64,000 nucleotides of DNA from Octopus vulgaris (Eukaryota): the NCBI GenBank assembly GCA_951406725.2, contig OX597814.1, forward strand, positions 138,694,001-138,758,000, written 5' to 3'. Below the pieces are notes generated by a model. That model saw nothing but the letters and a program-made list of their open reading frames with translations. It was not told the DNA's origin and made no database searches. The position numbers and the translations under genes were made by a program. This document shows positions 53,144-64,000 of the stretch, piece by piece. Numbering within the stretch: the stretch's first letter is position 1; each line of letters opens with the position of its first letter.

Positions 53144-54020
53144 ACAAAGGGTTAAATTAATTAATTAAGAAGTAATCAATAATTTCACCAAGTAGAATTC
53201 AGTATGAAAAAAGGACAATTTCACGGTAAACTTAAGTAATACTTATTTATAAGGGTTCAGCAAAGATTTGCTTTACCACATACCGAAGTTTAGAAATAGC
53301 AGCCAAAAAATCTTAGCTATTTCTTCTACTTTAAAAAGGGACTCCTAGAGAAACCAAAATACTTGAAAATAATTCACACAGGCAGAGAGTAAAGCAACGA
53401 AAATCAATCAATATCTGGTCATCCATGGACGCGCTTTTTCGGAATTAGGTTGGCATAAAGAATATAGAATTATACTTTACCAACCATCTTCCTCATCAGC
53501 ATGGCATTCCTCAATAATTCGAAGGTACTGGAATAATTGAATATATCTCTCCACCTAACGGTATCAGACAGATCATATCCAGTGTTAGTACCGCCGAATT
53601 CAAAATATGAATGAGGTTCGCTTAGCTTCCCCCGCCCATCCGCGTGTGTCTTCAAGTAAAATACTACAGAAAAAATCTGCAGTTTGTTCTCAGGGAGAAA
53701 ATTCTATTATCAATAATAACAAAGGGTAAAATTACTTAATTAAGAAGTAATCAATAATTTCACCAAGTAGAATTCGGTATGAAAAAAGGATCATTTCACG
53801 GTAAACTTAAGTAATACTTATTAATAAGGGTTCAGCAAAGATTTGCTTTACCACATACTGAAGTTTAGAAATAGCAGCCAAAAAAAATCTTAGCTATTTC
53901 TTCTTCTTTAAAAAGGGACTCCTAGAGAAACCAAAATACTTGAAAATAATTCACACAGGCAGAGAGTAAAGCAACGAAAATCAATCAATATCTGGTCATC
54001 CATGGACGCGCGTTTCGGAA
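53140..54020 (-). mobile_element. Partial tandem: two ~305-bp direct repeats around a ~270-bp core (pLTR-like); inverted relative at 51660-51900
   Basis: 53141-53443 is closely similar to 53716-54020; relatives at 11215-11290, 20815-20920 and 21545-21655. Confidence 0.75.
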
Positions 54021-54157
54021 GTATATATATATAAATAGTTTTAGAGACAGAACCACCCTCAACTCAATTCACATTGAAAGATATTATACCTGACCGAGCC
54101 ATAAAATATTAAATATACTTACTATATCTATTCAGAATCCCATACCTTCCATTTTAA

Positions 54158-54256
54158 AGACAACACGTGTTTCATAACAGTATGTCGGTATTGTTGAGAT
54201 ATAAGGTCTCTAGTTCAATACTCGATTAGATCGACGTACTTCCAATCTTCAAGTCT
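54158..54256 (-). ncRNA. Type-I hammerhead with long stem II (C3U)
   Basis: agac-TTGAAGA-T-tggaagtacgtcg...cgacatactgtta-T-GAAAC-acgt-GTT-gtct. Confidence 0.7.
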
Positions 54257-54309
54257 GGATTCAACACATTTATTACTCTATCTACATCTTATATAGGATG
54301 TGTGTGTAA

Positions 54310-54368
<59 letters not shown>

Positions 54369-54768
54369 TGTGTTTGTGTGTGTGTGTGTATGTATGTGTG
54401 TGCGTTGTGTGTGTATATGTGTGTCGTGTATCCGAGTCTTTCCTTTGTCATTTGTTTCAATGAATTAACGAGAAAACAGTTGATATTTTGACATATCTCT
54501 TTGTTGCGATACGTATATATGATTGGTCATAACTGCAACCAGGATAGGTGGTTGGGTAATTTAACGAAAAGGATTTTGTTTTTGATCTGCAGGGATACAT
54601 ACAGATATTATACGTTTGCTATCGTATGAATGTTTCATTTAGTTATTACTGCAGGATATTTATGGGATACATGCGTACAAGCATATATATCGACATGCAT
54701 ACGCATATGCATGTATATGCGTGTAGGTTTTTCTGCATTTGTTAATTTCTACACGCATACACTCATAA

Positions 54769-54811
<43 letters not shown>

Positions 54812-54855
54812 GACAAAAACATATATCAGAAAGAAGCACACTCTAAAAAATAGAG

Positions 54856-54981
54856 CAGTAATTATTACAACAAAGTTTTGCATAGAGTTACCCAAGGTTT
54901 CACACCACAAAGCTTTAGCTTTAGCTTTGTGGTGTGAAACCTTGGGTAACTCTATGCAAGACTTTGTTGTAATAATGACTG
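54856..54981. repeat. Near-perfect palindrome (59-bp arms, 2 mismatches, 8-nt loop)
   Basis: 54856-54914 vs 54923-54981. Confidence 0.95.
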
Positions 54982-55164
54982 TATTCATAGCTTGTCAGAC
55001 TATATGAATACAAAATTTTAAAATATCTACGTCGCAAACGGGAGGAAATGCTCAGAACTCGAAGAACACGAAAAAAACATTAATGAGGAAGGTTATTTTC
55101 CCTCAATCAGGGGCGGAGGAAACCCTTATAGACTAGGAGAGGCCTAACGAGCAAACGGGCAGAT

Positions 55165-55887
55165 TCAATTTTCTAGTAAGTAGCGCTTGAAATGGATACA
55201 TTTAGAAAACACTTTATTACGCCTGTTTAATGCAGCAGGTTTCTTATAATCTTTAAGAATTTTTGTTCTCTCCGCGATGCAGATCTTGCAGCTACCACTT
55301 CCATTAATGTACGGGCCCGGATAATCAATTAATTCTCACCTGATATCACACAGAGTCCCTTGATCTTTCAGGTGCCGCACATGGTGGGTCAAGGACGTGA
55401 CAGACCGTCCTTCTGGGACTCTGACGGATGACTGGTGGTTAAGAAGACGTTTCTTGAACGGAGTACTCGCCGAACCAATATATTTATAAATATGGGATGT
55501 GCCCTATTCGTACTCCTGGTAACATATGGCGCGGGGCTCGTCATCACATCGGTGTCGAAGATGAATGTTGGTTCTGGATAGGTCATTATTTTTAGGTGCG
55601 GCGTTTGTAATGGTGTTAACATACATTGCTGGCCTGGTACCTCTATCTGTATCTATGGTTTGTTCATTATCCGTGGTGTTAATATCGAGGTCTTCGTTGA
55701 CGCTCTCTGTGATGCTGGTCCCGGCTTGGTTATCATCTCTGGTCGTAGTAACTGTATTGACGTGAGACCTGGTTAATCTGCTGATAATATTGCTGTTCGA
55801 TGTTACATTACTGTTATTACGAATATTAGGTCTAGGTATCACCGTAGCCTCATAGATGATCCCTTCAGCCTCGCATCGGCCTCCTAC
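55165..55887 (-). pseudogene. Penelope-type GIY-YIG endonuclease domain with a long insert and two in-frame stops
   Basis: One frame: GGRCEAEGIIYEATV-(N/T/D-rich)-YKYIGSASTPFKKRLLNHQSS...HVRHLKDQG...CKICIAERTKIL...LNRRNKVFSKCIH. Confidence 0.85.
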
Positions 55888-55889
55888 TA

Positions 55890-56335
55890 GTAGAAGACGC
55901 TAAATCGTCTAACCACGAGGAATGTCTTCTCAAGAAATTTCAGGAAACTCCAGAATGTAAAGCAAGCAAGACAAATGAAAAGATACAAAATTTGGTGATA
56001 AGCTATATACCATTGTTTCGCTGTTACCATTTACAAAACGTAAATGTCCACAGTTCTTCAGTGCAACCGTCATATAGAAAACATAATTCACAGAACTAGA
56101 CATGAGACGTCCTCTCAAAAGAGAACATGTATAAAGTACCATCAATTATATTTGAGAGTATATTTCAAATGTTTGAAGAGCAGTGCGGACATTTACGTTT
56201 TGCAAATGTTGAGAGCGAAACCATGGTATGTAGCTTATCACCAAATTTTGTATCTTTTCATTTGTCTTGTTCACTCTACATTCTGACGTTTACTGAAATT
56301 TCTTCGTGGTTAGACGATTTAGCATCTTCTTCTAC
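55890..56335. mobile_element. Inverted pLTR pair, each with a hammerhead motif (56004-56065 minus, 56170-56232 plus)
   Basis: CTGAAGA/TTGAAGA...cattt(a/g)c hairpin...GC-GAAAC-(c/a)atg-GTA. Confidence 0.8.
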
Positions 56336-57016
56336 CATATTCGGAATCCACCTTGGTGGATATTCCTCCTATATATGTATGTAATATAATTTTCTTAATC
56401 TTCGGATTTTTAAGTATGCTAGGCCATTGCTTTAAATTGATATTAATTAATATTAATTTCTACCCTCATTTTTTAACTTTATTATATATATGAAAAATAA
56501 AAAGAGTTGAAAATGTGTTAATTTTAATGTATATATATGAATTATTCTGTTTCCAATGAAACAAGTTTTGTTTTTTTAAAACATTTACATATTTTCCCCG
56601 TTTATTTATATTTATATTTATGAAAGTAAAAGTACAAAATATGGGTTCGCATGAAAAATGTTTTCCTATCATAGTTTTATTGAAAATATATTAGTGTATG
56701 TTTTCACAAAGTGAATTTTACAGTCACAACACATAAAAAAGGGAAAGAGAAGGAGAGATTGAGGGAGGGAGAGAAGAGAGAGATTGAGAAAAGATTACAT
56801 GTTGCTTAAAGGCTTTCGTATGAAAATAGCTTTAGTGAATACTTTTTAGTGTATGCTGTAGCTAAGACTTTTGCAATACAACAAAATCCTATGTAACTGA
56901 ACGGTCTTGGTTTTCGAGGTCTTTCAGCTTATCAAAAATCTGGTAGTTCCTTCTTTGCATCTAAAACTATATGGTGCGTTTCAGCGTTACTTGCTAAATA
57001 AATTATATGTCGCTTT

Positions 57017-57083
<67 letters not shown>

Positions 57084-57255
57084 GGTGTCTACACCGTTTC
57101 CAATCCCAAAGCGTTTTACAACCCAATACTTACATGCTATTTTTTACGTAGGTGTATATGAAGGGGTTCTAGAACCACAATTTTAAAAGAGATTTATTTC
57201 ATATTCTCTCGAATGTTTACAAAAGTCTTATTGACATCAACAGGTTATAAATGTT

Positions 57256-57360
<105 letters not shown>

Positions 57361-57963
57361 ATAATAATAATAATAATAAAAATAATATGAGGGAATATTA
57401 TTCCAAACTTACAGGGAAAAATTCAATTTAGAAATACTAAATAAATCAAATTTCACAAAGTCTAATATATATATATATATATAAATTAGAAAAAAACGCC
57501 TTAAAATACACACACACACACGCACACACACACATATATATATATACAAACATATATATTGGTATGTATATGTGTATATATAGAATCATATAAAATCATA
57601 CCTACATATATAATGTGTTGATGATTAAGCACGTAAATATGCACGCATATACATAAACCTACACCAGCAAATATAAACATATATACATGTACACGCATAA
57701 CTACAGAATGAAAAAGGGAAAAGAAAGAGAAAAAATATATAAAATCTGTGCACGCCTGTGCTAAGAAATATCGACATTTCGATTGTCAAAGCATAATGAG
57801 GAGCTTGGAGATGACTAATAGATTTATAAACATAAAGATATGCATATATCTACATACATATGTATACATAGATTAATATAGACACACTACCATACATGCA
57901 CATATAGATATACATACATACTTGTACACATACGCACACATACACACATACGTACGTACGTAC

Positions 57964-58008
<45 letters not shown>

Positions 58009-58729
58009 ATGTATGTATGTATGCATTATGTATGTATGTATTTATGTATTTATGTATGTATGTATGTATGTATGAATGTATGTGTGTGTATGTATGTATG
58101 TATGTATGTATGTATGTATGTATGTATGTATGTATGTATGTATGTATGTATGCATGTATGTATGTATGATGTATGTATATAAGAAAAAATGAGATTAAAA
58201 ATCTGGCAGATAGCAAATAAGCACTCAGTATAAAGGAATAAGTTTAAATTTCCAACAAGTAGACACCAGTAAATGTATGTAGAAGGTGTGATCTAGAATA
58301 AAGATATGATTTTCTTTGTACATTATATTGATCGTTATATATACATATATATAATAGACTTAATTTTCCTCTGTTTGCTTTCTCCCGTTTTTAATGTATA
58401 ATAATATGTATTAATGTATAATAATATATACATATTTTGTATTTGACGTATTTACAATAATTAATATATTTGATGTGTCTAATTTGTATATTTGCATAAT
58501 TGCCTGTATACCTGCTCAACTTGACCCTTCTTATATACTTTCTTTACCTTGTGGAATGATCCCCTGTAAAGACATCAGAGTCTAGGTTTGAGTCATTTGA
58601 GACTACTAAGTGTCTTCTACAAAAATAAATTTTAGATCTCATTTGTGAAATATATATATATACACTTATGTACTTAATGGATTACATGAGAAAACAACAA
58701 GTCAGTTTTTATGAATGTATATGTATATA

Positions 58730-58975
58730 TCGCATATATCGCGTATGCCATAAGGTCTGCAAATCTAACGTAGGCCTCAACGTACATTGTAAGATTCACA
58801 AAGATCAGAAATTAATTGCAGCTCTTGCTGGTTCAAATCAGATATGCAATCTATGTGGCTGTCTTTTCAATACATTGTCTGGATTAAAAAAACCCATATC
58901 AGACGAAATGATGGCTCTAAGGCGCAAGTACAAGAGATAGTCAGATTCTGTATAAGGATTAGTCAACCACTATGT
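58730..58975 (+). mobile_element. Probable RTE-type LINE 3' end with tandem C2H2-like fingers
   Basis: RVCHKVCKSNVGLNVHCKIH...CNLCGCLFNTLSGLKK, short UTR, then a (TG)n tail. Confidence 0.55.
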
Positions 58976-59242
58976 GTGTGTGTGTGTGTGTGTCTGTGTG
59001 TGTGTGTGTCTGTGTGTGTGTGAACTACATCCATAAATGTATGTATATAAGTTATGTATTACCGATTATATATGCCATAGGAAGTTACTTCTGTATCGAG
59101 CACTTTATCGAACTTTACTTCGAATGATGATTTTGGCTTTTTCCATTCCTCTAAATTTTGTATGTATACATTTTGTATATATATATGTCTGTATGTAAGT
59201 ATGTATGTATATATATATATACATATGTACATATGTACATAT

Positions 59243-59972
59243 GCCATTCCTGGTGATCACTCCAAACATCACGACGTTGACTGTATGCTTGATTTTTTTC
59301 ACTCTTGGTACATGTTTTGGGGACACAGCAAGCTAACGGTTGTTCTGCGTACACCACTTCAGCCTGGCAGAAATTTTTCTCGTTTATGAAAATCCAAAGC
59401 ATGTTCGGTTGGAGGGGATGCTTTAGCTTGCTCAAAAGCTTCGTAGCCTTGATGGCTTGGGATAAAAATTGGCCATTTCTCATCTTGCATGAGAAATACC
59501 GAATGTCTTCATGCACTACCTGCCTGATAAGAAACTCAGGCACTCCAATGTCCCTGGCGATGGACCTGATTGACTTGAAGGGATCGTTATCAATCATGGC
59601 CTTGATCTCACCATCAAATTCAAGATTTCTTTTCTTAGCAAAACGATCAGAGTGAGTTTTCCAAGGAGCCGCACCTTCGAAATCACGATTAGACTCATCT
59701 AACCCTTTCCGAAATCTCTACACTGTCCTCAGATTGACATCCAAACACTCTGAAATGTTCGTATTGGAGCTTGCGGCGCGAATGCCAAGCAATACAGCAT
59801 GTCGTTTCCAAATTTTTGGCAGAGTGAATTGCGTCATAGTACTGTTTTTCACACAGACGATATCCGACTGACCCTACTATACTATGTAGTCGACAAAATC
59901 AAAAACAAACAATGAGTATGCGCGAAATTAAAGATATGAAATGGCGACAATTTATCCATCGCATCCTAGGTA
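59243..59972 (-). mobile_element. Tc1/mariner-superfamily (DD37D/maT-like) transposon 5' half, decayed
   Basis: MTQFTLPKIWKRHAVLLGIRA...DPFKSIRSIARDIGVPEFLIRQVVHEDIRY...WIFINEKNF...KHTVNVVMFGVIT; TIR-like end near 59940-59972. Confidence 0.85.
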
Positions 59973-60409
59973 TAAATATATATATGTATATACATATACA
60001 ATATTCTCGTTAAATTATGTAATACATGCAATGCTATACCTTTCAGATGGATCTCAAATATTTGAGAGTGCTATGTATCTTCACGAAGTATTCACAATGT
60101 AAAATATATGTGCATTTATATATATAAATATTCTGAAGGAGAACCCAATCTATATTTTGTAGCCATTGGAATAAATATCTAATTAAAGTTTCTCCAGACA
60201 CTAATTAATTAATTTTGTATGTCTAGTATTCATTAGTGGATAGAGAAAGACAAATATCACGCAATACTTAACATGCGCATAATTCCTCCTTATTCCTCCA
60301 CTGATGAGTTCTAGACGTTCGAAAGTAATTAATGTCTACAATTTTAATTCGGTCTTTATTTTCATATCTACTTGAAATATCAAAATTGCGTCATTCATAT
60401 ATATATATG

Positions 60410-60715
60410 GAATTTCAAAAAGACAAAGACAGTTTTTTAAACAGCAAATAGGTGTTTTAGTTTAACGCTCGGGAAGGTGAGAAAATCTTTTACGTTTCGA
60501 GCCTACGCTCTTCAATAGAAAGGAATACGAGAAAATAAACAGAGAGAATAAAAAAAGCTTTGCTGGCGAGCAGTCGACTATGATGGGTGGGTGGACGGAG
60601 GTGGTCAGACAGGAGAGCTAGGAAGAAGGGGAGAGAAAAAAGTAGTGATGATCCAAAAACGAAGGTGCGCGTGCGTGTGTATGTGAGAATGTGTAAGTGT
60701 GTGCACGTAGCCATA
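60410..60715 (-). mobile_element. pLTR module (A6U hammerhead family)
   Basis: Reverse complement ctttCTATTGA-A-GAGC-gtag-GCTC-GAAAC-GTA-aaag. Confidence 0.8.
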
Positions 60716-60721
60716 TATATG

Positions 60722-60850
<129 letters not shown>

Positions 60851-60970
60851 TTGTATAATATATATCTATATCTATACAATCACCCCATTTGATTTATATG
60901 GATAATACCATACAAAATTCTGGTGCCTTTAACTTAAGTACCATATTCATCTGAATCTAAATTTTGCTGA

Positions 60971-61050
<80 letters not shown>

Positions 61051-61391
61051 TGTATGTATGTATGTATAGTTACGTGCGAGGCAGCGAGCTGGCAAAATCG
61101 TTGAACAGAAAATAGCTACGTACGGGCATACGCACGCATATACATGAATACACACATATATACTTGTAGCGCACGAAAAAGCAGCCTGTGTTCTGTTGCA
61201 GAGTGTAAATACAGAAATAAATTAACACACACGAAAAATCACCTGGCCTTCCGTTTGCAAGCGTCATTGCATTATTTTGACTGCTTGTAACTACTGAACA
61301 AATATGGCACACTATATCATCCACACCGGATTAACCACATTAGTTGATTTTTTTATTACATTAAGTGACCATCTCTACCCTCTTCTGCAAG

Positions 61392-61740
61392 ATGGCTTAC
61401 TCAATACCGGAAAGAGTGGAGATTGTGAAAGTGTATAAGAAAACGGGTTTTGTGAAGCAAACGCATGAATTATTTAAAGTCAAGCTTCCGGGTAAATGCT
61501 TACCGGTAAAGAAAACGATAAAACTGCTGTTTAAGAAGTGGTGAGCTACAGAGTCAATGCACAATGCACCCACCAAATGAGACCCTACAGTTTGAAAGCC
61601 GGAAATTACTCAGGACATTCCTCAAAGGATTACTCGAAGTCCAAAGAAACCAAAATGTAAACAGTCTCACATACGCAGGAAGTCATGCCAACAGGTGTTG
61701 AAAAGTCTAATGTGCAAACATCCTTTTAGATATGTACAGC
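61392..61740 (+). mobile_element. Decayed Tc1/mariner-superfamily transposase N-terminus (DUF4817-like HTH)
   Basis: MAYSIPERVEIVKVYKKTGFVKQTHELFKVKLPGKCLPVKKTIKLLFKKW*ATESM...PEITQDIPQRITRSPKK; several stops, so absent from the ORF track. Confidence 0.75.
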
Positions 61741-62062
61741 AATTAAAAATGGATGAAAGGTAAATTTGACAGGATTCGAACTCAGAAAGTAAATAAAGCC
61801 TTCAGCCCGGTATTTTGTCTGATGTTGTAAAGTTTTCGCCATCTTTCTACCTCTCTATAAGGTTCAATATTGATAACACCAATTATTTTGGGGGTGACGA
61901 GTGTGCTTACTTAAATAGAAGTTATGATGGTAGAGTCGTCTATATACATCTATTTATCTAGCTATCTACTTCCTTAAGAAAAAGTTTATATACAATGCAC
62001 GTATGTATGTGTTTTCTATTACCTTTTTTCTTCCCATACCAGTATTTCTTCATTTCTCTTAA

Positions 62063-62250
62063 GGCAGTGAGCTGGGAGAACGGCTAGCACGCCGGGCAAA
62101 ATAGTTCGTCTTAACGTCCTGACTTCAAGTTCCGCCGAAGACGATTTTGCCTTTCATCTTTTTGGAGTTGATAAAATAAGTACCAGTTGAGCACTGGAGT
62201 CAATAAAGTCGACTTGCTCCCACCCGAACTTGCTGGTAATGAAACCAATA
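62063..62250 (+). mobile_element. SINE family B, diverged
   Basis: ggcagtgagctgggagaacggctagcacgccgggcaaaat...ttccgccgaagacgattttgcctttcatc. Confidence 0.8.
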
Positions 62251-62472
62251 TTTCTTTATTTCTCTACATCAACTTCTTTTCCTTGGTCCTGATATTCTCT
62301 CTCCCTACCTACTTACAGAAACATAATCGATAGCATATGCTTCTTTCCTCTCTTAATACCACTGACTACTTTTTTCCATTTTCTATCGGCCCTCATAATT
62401 TTTCTATTCTGGATTCAATTTAATTCGGAATTTCTTTTTGTCATATAATGGAATATCATATGCCTTTCGCTA

Positions 62473-62526
<54 letters not shown>

Positions 62527-63273
62527 CTTATCTTCCCAGCTTTTTAAATATTTCCCTAAAGAATGTTATTCAAATTGTTATAAAATAATAGCCTACTTTG
62601 CATATTTTTCTTAGTGTCAATATTTTTAAAAAGATTGCTATTCATAATAGATTTCAGTTTCTTAAATCTACGAAAGTAAGTTAACGGCATGAAGTTATAA
62701 TACATTGATAAAGTATTAACCAAAATAGGCATGAAGAATTTCGTATGATAAACGACCATATATTATATGGATATAGCTAGATTCTACACAAGTCAAAATT
62801 TAAAATAAGTTATGATATATACATATATATGTATATATATATATATATATATGTATGTAGGTATGCATGTATGTATGTATGCATTTATGTATGTATGTAT
62901 GTATGTATGTGTGTGATTACGGGAAAATCGAATGTTAAATGATATGGAAAGAAATGATAACAATGAATAAAACTTCCAAGAATTTAAAAAATTAATTCTC
63001 CAAATATATATTGTGACCCGGACTTACTTCATTCAATCTAATCCGCCAAAATATTCTTATATAAATACAATGGCTAAGAAAGATACAGTGTTTCCGAGTC
63101 TACAAGAAAAATATATTTTAATATTTTGTGGATGGGAAAAAAAGGCTTGTTCAATGTAATGCGAGGGTGAAAATCAATATAAAATTTTCAGATTATAAAG
63201 CGAAAAAATTGTCTGCTTCCTTTCAACAGGACATTAACTACAAGGGCAAAGAATGTGCAGCCAGGCGTTTACT

Positions 63274-63304
<31 letters not shown>

Positions 63305-63559
63305 CGTATATGTGTGTGTGTCTGTGTCTGTGTGTGTGTGGGGGGTTACGTGTATGTGTGAAAAAGTATTGTATGTCCTTTCATTATACTGAAAAGTTAT
63401 TCATAATGAAAATACAATTTTAAGCAAGAAAAAATGATATAAACCACCAATGTAATTTGCATATTTTTTGAAGAGAGATAATTTCGGTGCGAAACCCGAT
63501 TCGTGTAGAGGCGTAGAGAGTTCGATCTGAAGATGTCATTTCCTTTTGGCGATCTTTTC

Positions 63560-63710
63560 AACAACTGGTTTATTTAAACGAGAAAGCGCTTATTTGTCAA
63601 CTTGCGCTTGCTCAGCCTGAAAGGTAGAATAAATTCAGCGGGAAAAATATCTTAGAAACCATGTTTCTAGCTGATGGCACGGCTCTTTTGCTGCCTTTTC
63701 TTAGAGGTGC
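63560..63710 (+). mobile_element. Possible RTE reverse-transcriptase remnant
   Basis: RLFVNLRLLSLK / ILETMFLADGTALL resembles LFNLRRL...ELLFADDCAL. Confidence 0.35.
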
Positions 63711-64000
63711 AAACAATAATTCCCTATAAGTATTTCTAGAATTTAAAGATTTTTATGAATTGGCTTCAAATTTTGGCTCAAGGTCATCGATTTCGGGTTG
63801 GAGGTAATTCAGTTATATCAACCCCAATGTTCAACCTGTACTTATTTGGTTCATCTAATTAACACATTCAATACATGATTGTTGGTCACGAGGGGCGTGC
63901 GCGCACGTATGTAGTGTGTGTGTGTATGTGTGTGTGTGTGTGTGTACATGTGTGGAACTCCGAAGTTCTGAGGTCGATTTAATCGTCTAAACCTCTCTAC

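Noticed and set aside
58668-58940. Host C2H2 zinc-finger gene (a family expanded in octopus)
   Set aside because: No TGEKP linkers, second finger broken, and followed by a short UTR and (TG)n tail; fits a LINE C-terminus better.
60295-60395. CTGATGAG hammerhead candidate
   Set aside because: Stems I, II and III could not be closed convincingly.

Overview
AT-rich, microsatellite-saturated eukaryotic DNA, most likely Octopus or another coleoid cephalopod (inferred from the tRNA-derived SINE families; not verified by search). Almost every ORF in the supplied track is a translated (TA)n/(TATG)n/(TATC)n/(CTT)n microsatellite. The real content is: (i) three or four tRNA-derived SINE families in many copies; (ii) decayed Tc1/mariner, R4/Dong-like, CR1-group, RTE and L1/Tx1 remnants; (iii) Penelope-like (GIY-YIG) fragments plus about 25 type-I hammerhead-ribozyme motifs, found by eye, in short modules that usually abut (TA)n tracts, including canonical-core copies, a U3-A8 core variant and an A6U family; (iv) an intact 1,997-bp ORF1-only non-LTR element (40559-42555, 392-aa ORF, 15-bp TSD) inserted in a SINE head and sharing its 3' tail with an L1/Tx1 LINE end and with a SINE family; (v) several foldback/palindromic elements; and (vi) one probable host signal-peptide exon on the minus strand (31648-31574). 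Coordinates of decayed repeats are approximate.
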